A stretch of DNA of 64,000 nt, taken from the IMG/VR virus record IMGVR_UViG_3300042522_000315, positions 20,105 to 84,104 of that record; one strand, given 5' to 3'. Source of the stretch: a virus. Below, in pieces: positions 1 through 9,416 of this stretch. The translations under genes and the position numbers were made by a program. The notes under the pieces are model-generated. The model searched no databases, was not told the DNA's origin, and saw only the letters and a program-made list of their open reading frames with translations. Numbering within the stretch: the first letter of the stretch is position 1; every line of letters begins with the position of its first letter.

Positions 1-58
1 TGTCATCACATCTGAACTAGGTATTCGATACGATTACTTTGAAATCGAAAGAATATGA
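1..58 (+). CDS. 3' end of a gene, probably gp3 tail completion protein (partial)
   Basis: Frame ...VITSELGIRYDYFEIERI* ends just before uvsY; the order gp3-uvsY-uvsW is usual in T4-like phages. Confidence 0.45.
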   Translation, partial: VITSELGIRYDYFEIERI

Positions 59-113
59 TTGACATAAACTGAGTTCTATCTTAGAATTTGGTTTATTTAA
101 TTGGAGTTATATT

Positions 114-563
114 ATGAAGCCCCCAGTGAACATTGATGTCTTGATGGATGAATGGTCAAAAGATAGTTCTATTGATCTGACTGAACCTAGCAAAGAACTG
201 CAAAAAATTCCTTCTCTTCATTCAAAGTATCTTCGCATTATGACACACCATAATCTTGTTGTGAAAAAGATGATGTCTGAGTATCAGGAATTGAGAAGAG
301 TGAAGTTTAGTTACTATTCTGGTGATCTAAATAATCCAGAAGACCTTCAAAAGTATGGTTATGAGCCTATGACGAAAAAGATATTGAGAGCAGATATATC
401 CGTATATCTAGATTCAGATAAAGAGCTGAACAACATACTACTGAAAAAGTCTCTTCATGAAGAGATTACAGATTTCTGCAAATCGGTACTCAAAGAACTG
501 AACAACAGAACTTTTCAAGTTCGATCAATCATTGACTGGGAGAAGTATGTCGGAGGAAATTGA
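114..563 (+). CDS. uvsY: UvsY recombination mediator
   Basis: W..DS.ID...KIPSLHSKYL and YYSG motifs; upstream of uvsW. Confidence 0.85.
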   Translation: MKPPVNIDVLMDEWSKDSSIDLTEPSKELQKIPSLHSKYLRIMTHHNLVVKKMMSEYQELRRVKFSYYSGDLNNPEDLQKYGYEPMTKKILRADISVYLDSDKELNNILLKKSLHEEITDFCKSVLKELNNRTFQVRSIIDWEKYVGGN

Positions 564-1096
564 TGAAACATATACACCACATCATACCGAAACATATGGG
601 AGGTACTGATGAAAAAAACAACCTAATTGAAGTGACAATAGAAGAACACGCCGAACTTCACAGGCAACTATGGAAAGAATTTGCTCATTGGGAAGATGAA
701 CTTGCTTGGAAAGGATTATCTAAAATGATATCCAAACAAGAAATCATATCAAAAGTTATCAGTGAGACACATAAAGGAAAGAAAGTGTCTGAAGACACTA
801 GAAAAAAGATGAGTGAAGCTTCACCTTGGAAAGGTAAGAAGAGATCAAAAGATACGATACAAAAGATGAGCGAAGCCCGCAAAGGTAAAAAACTGTCGGC
901 TGATCACGTAGAGAAGATGAAAGAAATTTTTTCGGGTGAAGGTAATCCAATGTATGGTAGAACACATAGCGAAGATTCCAGAAGAAAGATAAGTATGGCT
1001 AGACAGAGAACTAAAGGTAAGAAGAGAGGTCCTTACAAGGGTAAAAAGAATTACTCCGACAGCCATATGAAAGTTTTGAAACGTAATGGACAGTAA
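560..1096 (+). CDS. HNH homing endonuclease with NUMOD3 repeats
   Basis: HHIIPKHMGG..N...EH...H core, repeated HSEDT/SRKKMS motifs and NPMYGRTHS; inserted between uvsY and uvsW. Confidence 0.85.
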   Translation: MMKHIHHIIPKHMGGTDEKNNLIEVTIEEHAELHRQLWKEFAHWEDELAWKGLSKMISKQEIISKVISETHKGKKVSEDTRKKMSEASPWKGKKRSKDTIQKMSEARKGKKLSADHVEKMKEIFSGEGNPMYGRTHSEDSRRKISMARQRTKGKKRGPYKGKKNYSDSHMKVLKRNGQ

Positions 1097-2561
1097 AATT
1101 ATTATTCATAACAAGGACGAAGCTTTCGTTCGTGTTGAATGTACAGAAGGAGTATCCTACGAACTGAGAGAACATTTCACTTTCATGGTTCCAGGATATC
1201 AATTCACACCACAATATAGAGCAAAGTTGTGGGACGGTAAAATCAGGTTGTTTGATACAAGACAGAGACAAGTATATCGTGGACTTGTTCCTGAGATTGC
1301 AAAGTTTTGTGAAGAACGTGGTTATGATTGGAACTATGAAAATGAAGACTATGATGAAGAGTTTTCGTTAACAGAAGCAAAAGAGTTTGTAGAACAGTTA
1401 AGGCCGAAACATGCTCCAAGAGATTACCAGTTGGATGCATTCGTTCACGCAATTCGTACAAGGAGAGCTTTACTACTTAGCCCCACTGCAAGTGGTAAGT
1501 CTCTTATTATCTATCTTCTGGCTCGTTTTTTGGAACATAAAGGACTGAAACGAGGTTTGATTATCGTACCAACTGTTTCTCTCGTAGAACAGTTGACAAG
1601 CGATTTCAAAGACTACAGTGAGACGAATGGCTGGAACGTAAGTGACAACATACATAAAATCTATCAGGGTCAAGAAAAGTCTAGCGACAAGTTTCTGACT
1701 ATTTCAACTTGGCAGTCTATCTATCAGATGCCGAAGAAGTACTTTGCTGACTTTGATTTTGTGATCGGTGATGAAGCGCATCTGTTCAAAGCTAAATCTC
1801 TTATAGATATTATGACAGGATTGACAAATGCAAAGTATAGAATTGGAACTACAGGTACCCTTGATGGAACAAAGACTCACAAGCTTGTACTTGAAGGGTT
1901 ATTTGGAACCGTTCGCAAAGTCATCACAACGAAAGAACTTATGGATGCAAAGCACTTGGCTGAGTTCCAAATCAAGTGTCTTCTTCTTAGACATAATGAG
2001 TCAATCTGCCAAGCAGCAAAGAACTTTACATACCAACAGGAGATTGAGTACCTTGTCCTTAACGATGCCAGAAACCGGTTCATCTCTAATCTTGCCGTCT
2101 CACTTGAAGGAAACACGCTCGTTCTCTTCCAGTACGTTGACAAACACGGTCGTATTCTACACAAACTCATTTCAGACAGAGTGGGAGTGGACAGAAAGGT
2201 ATTTTTCGTAAGTGGAGAAACAGATGTGGATATACGCGAAGGGATTCGTAAGATCGTTGAATCGGAAACGCAGGCTATTATTGTTGCTAGTTTTGGTACT
2301 TTTAGTACTGGCATCAATATTAGAAATCTTCACAACATTATATTTGCTAGTCCATCTAAGTCACGCATAAGAAACTTGCAATCTATTGGTCGAGGTCTAC
2401 GTAAGAGTGACACAAAAGATGCAGCAACTCTGTTTGATATCGCAGATGATATGAGACATAAAAAACATGAGAACTATACATTAAAGCATTTTGCCGAAAG
2501 GATCAAATTATATGGCGAAGAAAAGTTCAAGTTCAAAGTCTACAAAATCGAACTCAAGTGA
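1086..2561 (+). CDS. uvsW: UvsW SF2 helicase
   Basis: SPTASGKS Walker A, DEAH, QSIGRGLR motif VI. Confidence 0.95.
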   Translation: MDSKIIIHNKDEAFVRVECTEGVSYELREHFTFMVPGYQFTPQYRAKLWDGKIRLFDTRQRQVYRGLVPEIAKFCEERGYDWNYENEDYDEEFSLTEAKEFVEQLRPKHAPRDYQLDAFVHAIRTRRALLLSPTASGKSLIIYLLARFLEHKGLKRGLIIVPTVSLVEQLTSDFKDYSETNGWNVSDNIHKIYQGQEKSSDKFLTISTWQSIYQMPKKYFADFDFVIGDEAHLFKAKSLIDIMTGLTNAKYRIGTTGTLDGTKTHKLVLEGLFGTVRKVITTKELMDAKHLAEFQIKCLLLRHNESICQAAKNFTYQQEIEYLVLNDARNRFISNLAVSLEGNTLVLFQYVDKHGRILHKLISDRVGVDRKVFFVSGETDVDIREGIRKIVESETQAIIVASFGTFSTGINIRNLHNIIFASPSKSRIRNLQSIGRGLRKSDTKDAATLFDIADDMRHKKHENYTLKHFAERIKLYGEEKFKFKVYKIELK

Positions 2562-2973
2562 TGTGCTTTTTTTTCGCTTAAAAAGCGGTGAAGACATCAT
2601 ATCGGAAGTAAAAGAGACTGAGTTTGGTTATGTACTAAGCAATCCTTGCAAAATCATGTACCTATCTTCAGGCAAACCTGGATATCTGTCAATCTCATTG
2701 ATGCAGTGGGTATTCTCTCGCATATGCGCTCAACAGAAGTTTGAGATTCCAAAATCAGAAGTGCTTTTCATATCACCACCTAGTGAAATGCTTTCTGGTC
2801 ACTATGAAGATTCCATTATACACTTCTTTAGTAAAGAAGACAAACAAAAGCTTGAATTTGATAGTATTATGACAGATGATGATTTTGGTTATGAAGATGA
2901 TGGTAATGCAATGGATATGCTGAAAGAATTCTTAGAACAACTAAACAAGACCGATAAAGGGAAATTACACTGA
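2512..2973 (+). CDS. Conserved T4-like hypothetical protein, Sm-like fold
   Basis: RLKSGEDII...L.NP pattern typical of the gene between uvsW and gp55; start uncertain. Confidence 0.5.
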   Translation: MAKKSSSSKSTKSNSSDVLFFRLKSGEDIISEVKETEFGYVLSNPCKIMYLSSGKPGYLSISLMQWVFSRICAQQKFEIPKSEVLFISPPSEMLSGHYEDSIIHFFSKEDKQKLEFDSIMTDDDFGYEDDGNAMDMLKEFLEQLNKTDKGKLH

Positions 2974-3251
2974 TGTCTAACAAGAACTCATATCTTGAAC
3001 TTGCTGATAGTGATGATTTTGGTTTTACATTCTCTCATGAAGATGAACTCATTGAGAATAATCACAACTATTCTTCTCTTCAAGCTGAAGTAGATGATCT
3101 TAAGAAGAGATTGACTGCTTTGAATAAAATCTTCTTACCTCTGTTAGAGAACTTAGCTAAGGATCCAGATAAGCCAATGATCAAGTGGCCTAACAGGAAA
3201 GAGATGATTGATAAGCAGATTCAGAAGTTAAAGACATTAACCAAGGTATAA
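2973..3251 (+). CDS. Hypothetical protein
   Basis: DDFGFTF and ILPLLENL..DP...I.WPNR motifs; coupled stop/start. Confidence 0.6.
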   Translation: MSNKNSYLELADSDDFGFTFSHEDELIENNHNYSSLQAEVDDLKKRLTALNKIFLPLLENLAKDPDKPMIKWPNRKEMIDKQIQKLKTLTKV

Positions 3252-3325
3252 TTAAAGTTATTCATATCATGGATGGCATAGCCATTATGAGTGCATGTCA
3301 AGAGATTGTCAATAAGAAAGTGATC

Positions 3326-3838
3326 ATGATGAAAAAGAATAGTGAGAGTGTAGTGTATGTTGATATGGATGGTGTCTTGGCAGACCTGTTCAATCACGTA
3401 GCTGTGATACATGATGTAGAACACTACAATGAGATGACAGAAGAAGATTGGGAATCATTCTTCAAGAGTACAGATGCGTATCATCTCTTCAAAGATTTGC
3501 CTGCTTTTCCTAATGCAAACAAGCTATTGGAAATGGTTAAGTCTATGGCAGGTGGCTATAAGATATTATCTAGTCCACTGAACTATGATTTAAACGGTAG
3601 CATTGAAGGAAAGAAAGAATGGCTTTCAAAGTTCATATCTGTTCCTGCTGATGAGATTATCTTTGAAAGAGAGAAGCACAAGTATGCTGTGACTAACGGC
3701 ACACCGAACATTTTGATCGATGACTTTCGAAAAAACATCACATCATGGAACAATGCAGGTGGAATTGGTATAAAGTATCAAGCAGATGAGAATAGCCTAG
3801 AAGAATTGAAAGTCAGTCTAGAGAGAGTATTAGAATGA
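3326..3838 (+). CDS. HAD-family 5'(3')-deoxyribonucleotidase-like protein
   Basis: DMDGVLADL motif I; ILIDD..KN...W..AGG. Confidence 0.8.
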   Translation: MMKKNSESVVYVDMDGVLADLFNHVAVIHDVEHYNEMTEEDWESFFKSTDAYHLFKDLPAFPNANKLLEMVKSMAGGYKILSSPLNYDLNGSIEGKKEWLSKFISVPADEIIFEREKHKYAVTNGTPNILIDDFRKNITSWNNAGGIGIKYQADENSLEELKVSLERVLE

Positions 3839-4416
3839 AAAATGAAAAGAAGCCGCACTATGTTGATAACAAGAAGTTCTATGAAGAAATTGTGAAGCAT
3901 AAAGAAAGAGTAAAGATTGCAAAAGAAAATGGTCTTGAAGAGCCACGACTTCCTAATTACATAGGCGAGTGCATTTACAAGATTTCAAACAAGCTTTCCA
4001 ATAAGCCATGTTTCATCAACTATTCTTTTAGAGAAGAGATGGTATCTGATGGTATTGAGAACTGTATTCTTTACTTCAATGACTACAATCCTGATCTTGG
4101 AAAGAATCCTTTCGCATACTTCACACAGGTGATATACTACGCTTTCCTAAGACGCATCAACAAGGAAGAAAAGAACAGATACATCATCTACAAGAACTTT
4201 CAGGAAACAATCATCAATAATGGACATGCAGCGTTGTTAACTGATAGTGACAACAATCATTTGCTTTCGGCTCCCATATACGATAATATTAACGAGTTTA
4301 TGGAAAGATATGAAAGAAAAGAAGAAATCAAGAAAGAGAAAAGAAAGACTGCAAAAGAAGGTCTAACAAAGTTTTACGAGGAAGAAGATGAACAACGAAG
4401 TGCCATTTCAAATTGA
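3835..4416 (+). CDS. 55: Late-transcription sigma factor gp55
   Basis: HYVDNK, YIGEC, FINYSFREEMVSDGIENC, NPFAYFTQ. Confidence 0.95.
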   Translation: MKNEKKPHYVDNKKFYEEIVKHKERVKIAKENGLEEPRLPNYIGECIYKISNKLSNKPCFINYSFREEMVSDGIENCILYFNDYNPDLGKNPFAYFTQVIYYAFLRRINKEEKNRYIIYKNFQETIINNGHAALLTDSDNNHLLSAPIYDNINEFMERYERKEEIKKEKRKTAKEGLTKFYEEEDEQRSAISN

Positions 4417-4573
4417 GCATTTGATTAACAATCTCTTGAATCAAAAAGAGAGTGTGCATATCAGACAAAACTATCGCCAGAGACTAGAAACAATCAGAGA
4501 TGTAATTGAGAAGTCTGTAAGAAAGTTTGATAATGAACTCTACATGTCCAATACTAGGAAAAAGAGAGCGTGA
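4388..4573 (+). CDS. Hypothetical protein
   Basis: Short ORF overlapping the gp55 end. Confidence 0.5.
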   Translation: MNNEVPFQIEHLINNLLNQKESVHIRQNYRQRLETIRDVIEKSVRKFDNELYMSNTRKKRA

Positions 4574-4684
4574 AAAGATCAAATAATACCTATTGCCCAG
4601 GGTGCAAAAGATATTTGAACGAGATAAAGAAAGATGGATGCGGTTCACAGCGTTGTCCAGACTTAACACAAGGACCATCTAAGG

Positions 4685-5764
4685 ATGACTAAAGTTCTGA
4701 TCATTACTGATACTCACTGGGGAGTTAGAAATGACTCTCCAGTTTTTCTTGATTACTTTAAGAGGTGCGTAGATGAATTTCTCATTCCATTTATCAAGGC
4801 GAATGGCATTAAGCATATCATTCATCTTGGCGATCTCGTTGACCGCAGGAAGTATATTAACGTTCTTACACATTCTAGGCTGAGAACAGACTTTCTTGAA
4901 CCGTTGAATGAACTATGTGAAGTACACATCATTGCAGGTAATCATGATGAGTACTTCAAGGACACATATAAAGTCAATGCTCTTGAAGAGTTTGTAGGTA
5001 AGAGATATGAAAACATACACATCTATTCGACAGCAACTCATCTGATGATTGATTCATGTTCTTTTCTTTTGCTTCCTTGGATCAACAGTGCAAACGAGAA
5101 AGAATCACTTGATGCTATTGAGTTAACCACTGCCAGTATTTGCTGCGCTCATTTAGAATTGAATGGATTTGAAATGCAGAAGGGAATGATATCAGAGCAT
5201 GGATACAATCACAAAATTTTTAGCCGTTTTCATAGTGTCTTTACTGGTCATTACCATCATCGTAGCTTTCGGGACAATATTCACTATCTGGGTGCTTTTT
5301 CTGAGCATATTTGGTCTGACTATAACGATCCTCGCGGCTTCACAATCCTTGATACAGACACACTGGAAAAAGATTTTATTCGTAATCCTTTCCGTATTTT
5401 CCATATGGTGGCTTACGATGATGTAAAGAATCCTGATATCATAGAGACAATCAATGCTACAGACTACAGCAAATATAAAGATTGCTATGTGAAGATCGTC
5501 GTTGTGAGTAAGACAAATCCATATGCATTTGATATGCTAGTTGATAAACTATATAAAGAACAAGTTGCTGACATTACGATTGTTGAAGATGTCAGCAACT
5601 TCATAGATACAAAAGAAGATGAGAAGATTGATGAAGCTCAAGATACACTTACCATTCTTGATGGTTATATTTCTGGATTGACATTACCTGTTGAAGCAGA
5701 TAAGATGAAACATTATATGCGTGAAATCTATTCCGAAGCATTATCGTTGGAGACTATTGAATGA
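4685..5764 (+). CDS. 47: Recombination endonuclease gp47 (Mre11/SbcD-like)
   Basis: TDTHWG, GDLVDRR, GNHD, GHYH metallophosphoesterase motifs. Confidence 0.95.
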   Translation: MTKVLIITDTHWGVRNDSPVFLDYFKRCVDEFLIPFIKANGIKHIIHLGDLVDRRKYINVLTHSRLRTDFLEPLNELCEVHIIAGNHDEYFKDTYKVNALEEFVGKRYENIHIYSTATHLMIDSCSFLLLPWINSANEKESLDAIELTTASICCAHLELNGFEMQKGMISEHGYNHKIFSRFHSVFTGHYHHRSFRDNIHYLGAFSEHIWSDYNDPRGFTILDTDTLEKDFIRNPFRIFHMVAYDDVKNPDIIETINATDYSKYKDCYVKIVVVSKTNPYAFDMLVDKLYKEQVADITIVEDVSNFIDTKEDEKIDEAQDTLTILDGYISGLTLPVEADKMKHYMREIYSEALSLETIE

Positions 5765-6126
5765 AGTATAATATTGGTGATAAGTTCTGGCAGGTTAGAA
5801 AAATTTTCAGTGCTTTAGATCGTAATAAAATAAAGATGACTGATGCTGATGGTGTTGAATGGTATCGTTATGATAAGCAAAACGTTGAATTTGAACTCAC
5901 ACAAGCTGAAATTGTAGGTAAATACAATGCTATTGTCGAAGGTCACAATATGTGGTATGAAGATGAGTATTGTGATAGATATGCTATGAAGATCAGCGAT
6001 CATTATGATGAAGTGTGGGAAGATGAACTTGATGGTGAACATCGTGGTCACTATGTTGCATACTTTCAAACAAAAGAAGATGCTGAAGAATATATCAAGC
6101 AGCAGCATGAGTATCATAATAGATGA
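5761..6126 (+). CDS. Hypothetical protein
   Basis: Co-directional ORF between gp47 and gp46. Confidence 0.55.
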   Translation: MKYNIGDKFWQVRKIFSALDRNKIKMTDADGVEWYRYDKQNVEFELTQAEIVGKYNAIVEGHNMWYEDEYCDRYAMKISDHYDEVWEDELDGEHRGHYVAYFQTKEDAEEYIKQQHEYHNR

Positions 6127-6297
6127 GCCGTAAAAAGAAAACAAATAAGAAAAAGCTCAAATCATTTGATAAGATGTCATTTGAGAAACGCGAACGGTTG
6201 CGATCTAACCTTAAGAAAGAGCGAGTAAATACAAGAAGCTTTCGTACTCCTCAGTCTTTTGGTCCTGCCAGTGATTGTATTTTAATAAAGTCAAAAG

Positions 6298-8010
6298 ATG
6301 ATAACATTTGAAGTGATTCGATGGAAGAATTTTCTGTCTACTGGAAACATGTGGACAGAGATTTATCTCAATACACATAAGACAAACTTAATCGTAGGCG
6401 CGAACGGGCATGGCAAATCAACCATTCTCGACGCGCTTACTTTTGTTTTGTTTGGTAAGCCGTTTCGTAAGATCAATAAGCCTTTGTTAGTCAATAGCGT
6501 AAACGGTAAAGATTGTCTTGTTGAGATAACATTCAAGGCTTACGGTAAAGACTATAAGATCGTGCGTGGTATCAAACCGAATATCTTTGAGATTTGGGTT
6601 GATGGTTCTTTACTTAATCAGGATTCAGCATCTAAAGATTATCAAGAATACTTAGAAAAGTTCATTCTCAAGATGAACATGAAGTCTTTCTGTCAGATTG
6701 TCATTCTTGGTTCTGCATCATTTACTCCGTTTATGCAGCTAACTCCTGCTGACCGTAGAACAATCATTGAAGACCTGCTAGACATTCAAATCTTCTCAGT
6801 GATGAACTTGCTTGTGAAACAGCGGTTTCAAGAAAACAAAGAAAGTGTTGAAAAGAACCGTATGATCCTGAAGTCTGCACAAGACAAGAAAGATTATGTT
6901 GAGAAGACGCTGAACACTCTTCGTCAAAACAATGATGACAAGCTTACAAAACTTGAAAAGCAGCTTGCAGATTTCACACAACAAAAAGAAGACTTGCTTG
7001 CTAAGGTAAAAATTCTTTTGAATGAAAAAGATGCTCTGGTTTCAGATGCTGATAACCTTACAGATGTGCGTAATGAGTATGCAAACTCTATTATATCTCT
7101 CACAAACCAAGAATCAAAAGTTCAAAGATATGGTAAAGAGATTGAGTTTCTTACAGAGCATGATGAATGTCCAACATGCAAACAGCATATTGATGTATAC
7201 TTCAGAGAAAGAAGAAAGAATGAGCTACACAACGATGTTTCAGAAACGCAAAAATATATTGATCTAATGAAAAGAAGCATTGATGATCTTCTCATGAAGA
7301 TTAACAATCTTGAAAATAAATCTAAAAGAACTCATTCTATCTCCGCTGAAATCAAATCCAGTAAGCAGACCATGATGCATATCGTATCTATGATGAATGA
7401 CATTGAAGATAACATGAGCAAGATTAGAAATTCTGATAAGCTTGTGATTGATAGTGAGACTGATCTAAAGAGTGCAATCGAAGAAATTCGCAGAATGGAA
7501 GGATCTGTTCAGCATCGCTTGAATGAAAGAACAATGATTGAGACTGCAATTGCACTGCTGAAAGATGGTGGTGTAAAAACAAAGATCATCAAGCAGTATG
7601 TTCCTATCATCAACAAGCATGTAAACAAGTATTTGGACAAGATGGGTTTCTTTGTCAAATTCAACATTGATGAAAACTTCAATGAAGTCATCAAGTCCAG
7701 ATATCGTGATGAGTTTGCATACTCAAGTTTTTCTGAAGGTGAAAAGACACGTATTGATCTGGCGCTCATGTTTACATGGAGAGCAATCGCCAAGATGAAG
7801 AACAGCATCAATACAAATCTGCTGATACTAGATGAAATTCTAGACGGAAGTCTTGATGCAAATGGTACTGATGAATTCCTCAATATCATTAAAACTTTGA
7901 CAGATGATACTAACATCTATATAATTTCACACAAACAGGATCAACTGTTAGATAAGTTCGATAAAGTCTATCGTTTTGAAAAGCACAAAAATTTTAGCAG
8001 GTTAGCATGA
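6298..8010 (+). CDS. 46: Recombination ATPase gp46 (Rad50/SbcC-like)
   Basis: GANGHGKS, CPTC zinc hook, FSEGEK signature, LILDE Walker B. Confidence 0.95.
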   Translation: MITFEVIRWKNFLSTGNMWTEIYLNTHKTNLIVGANGHGKSTILDALTFVLFGKPFRKINKPLLVNSVNGKDCLVEITFKAYGKDYKIVRGIKPNIFEIWVDGSLLNQDSASKDYQEYLEKFILKMNMKSFCQIVILGSASFTPFMQLTPADRRTIIEDLLDIQIFSVMNLLVKQRFQENKESVEKNRMILKSAQDKKDYVEKTLNTLRQNNDDKLTKLEKQLADFTQQKEDLLAKVKILLNEKDALVSDADNLTDVRNEYANSIISLTNQESKVQRYGKEIEFLTEHDECPTCKQHIDVYFRERRKNELHNDVSETQKYIDLMKRSIDDLLMKINNLENKSKRTHSISAEIKSSKQTMMHIVSMMNDIEDNMSKIRNSDKLVIDSETDLKSAIEEIRRMEGSVQHRLNERTMIETAIALLKDGGVKTKIIKQYVPIINKHVNKYLDKMGFFVKFNIDENFNEVIKSRYRDEFAYSSFSEGEKTRIDLALMFTWRAIAKMKNSINTNLLILDEILDGSLDANGTDEFLNIIKTLTDDTNIYIISHKQDQLLDKFDKVYRFEKHKNFSRLA

Positions 8011-9308
8011 CGGATGAAATTGTGATTAAAGAAGAAGCTAAGACTGTAGACCCATTGCTTGAAGCTCAATGGGATGAGTGGATTGCAAGTAATGATACTA
8101 GCGAAATTGAATGTCTAGGAGACGATGAGCTAAAACAGAAGCTGATTTCAGAGCTTTCTGAAGTGTCTCAGATGACAGTTGGTGAGTACACCCTTTATCA
8201 GAAGTGGTGTGAATTCCAACGAGAGTATCCTTCTCATGAAGTTTCAACTCTTTTTGGTGTTGAAAAGCAACTCGTCAATATTGATGATGAGCAATACATC
8301 AAGAATATCAAGAACAATATCTGGAGACCTGAAACGACAGAAGACTACATGAAGCTTGAACCAGTCTTGGTTTATACAGGCAAGAATCCTGAGCTATCTC
8401 GCGTATGGAATACTATCAGAACATTCACTTCGACAATGAAGAACTCTTCTAACATTGGTCGTAATCTGAATTACATTGTTCAGGATAATGTAACAGGTAA
8501 GTATCTTGGTGTCATCTGCGTGTCTTCAGACTATCTTGATCTGACTCCTAGAGACCAGTTCATTGGTTGGTCGAGAGAGAAGAAGACACAAGGTCATATG
8601 ATTAACTTCACAGCAGTAGGTTCTACACTAGTACCATTGCAGCCGCTTGGCTTCAATGCTGTTGGTGGAAAACTTATGGCTCTTCTTTCTATTTCAGATG
8701 AAGTGCAGAATAGATGGAAAGAACTCTATGGTGACAGACTAGTAGGTGTCTCTACCACATCACTCTATGGTAAAGACAAGCTTGGTGGTCTAAGTCAGTA
8801 TGATAATTTGAAGCACTGGAAGAAGATGGGTTATTCTGCTGGGTCAATTTCATATGAAGTTACAAAAGATACGGAGAAGCTTCTACTCGACTGGCTGAAG
8901 AAGAATTATACGCGCAAGTATTTTGAATGGTACATCGCAAAGAATCCATCAGGTCAGCCTTACAAGAGAGACCATAGAAATAGATCTAGAGTGTTTGCAT
9001 ATTCAAAACTCTCTATTCCTAAAGATGTGGTTTCTACGGCGCATCAGAGAGGTATTTACTTCTCATTGCTCTATGAGAATGGTTGTGAGTTTTTGAGGGG
9101 TGATATCAAAGAGAGTGAACTGAAGAAGTCTTTTGATACATCATATGAATATCTGACCAAACTTTGGAAAGAGAAGTATGCAGCAAAGAGGCTTCGCTCT
9201 TTAATCGAACAAAATCGTATGACCAACGAGACTTTGTTCTATGACGACCTAAGCTACATTTCTTGGGAAGAGACAAAAGAACGCTATCTGAACCAAGTTG
9301 GTCGATAA
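8007..9308 (+). CDS. DUF4338 (DruA-like) domain protein
   Basis: GRNL.YIV.D..TGKYLG, RD.FIGWS, GGKL.ALL and TTSLYG...SQY pattern recognised as DUF4338-like. Confidence 0.6.
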   Translation: MTDEIVIKEEAKTVDPLLEAQWDEWIASNDTSEIECLGDDELKQKLISELSEVSQMTVGEYTLYQKWCEFQREYPSHEVSTLFGVEKQLVNIDDEQYIKNIKNNIWRPETTEDYMKLEPVLVYTGKNPELSRVWNTIRTFTSTMKNSSNIGRNLNYIVQDNVTGKYLGVICVSSDYLDLTPRDQFIGWSREKKTQGHMINFTAVGSTLVPLQPLGFNAVGGKLMALLSISDEVQNRWKELYGDRLVGVSTTSLYGKDKLGGLSQYDNLKHWKKMGYSAGSISYEVTKDTEKLLLDWLKKNYTRKYFEWYIAKNPSGQPYKRDHRNRSRVFAYSKLSIPKDVVSTAHQRGIYFSLLYENGCEFLRGDIKESELKKSFDTSYEYLTKLWKEKYAAKRLRSLIEQNRMTNETLFYDDLSYISWEETKERYLNQVGR

Positions 9309-9381
9309 AAAACTACAACTTCCAGTCATATTACGTGCTAAACCACTGTAATCCAACATAAAACTTTTTTTTGGAAATGGC

Positions 9382-9409
9382 TTGCAATACGAACCAACTC
9401 CTGTATATT
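9382..9409 (+). promoter_or_regulatory. Sigma70-like promoter, probably giving a leaderless mRNA
   Basis: TTGCAA-16-TATATT; the ATG at 9417 follows 7 nt later with no SD. Confidence 0.55.
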
Positions 9410-9416
9410 CACTCAC

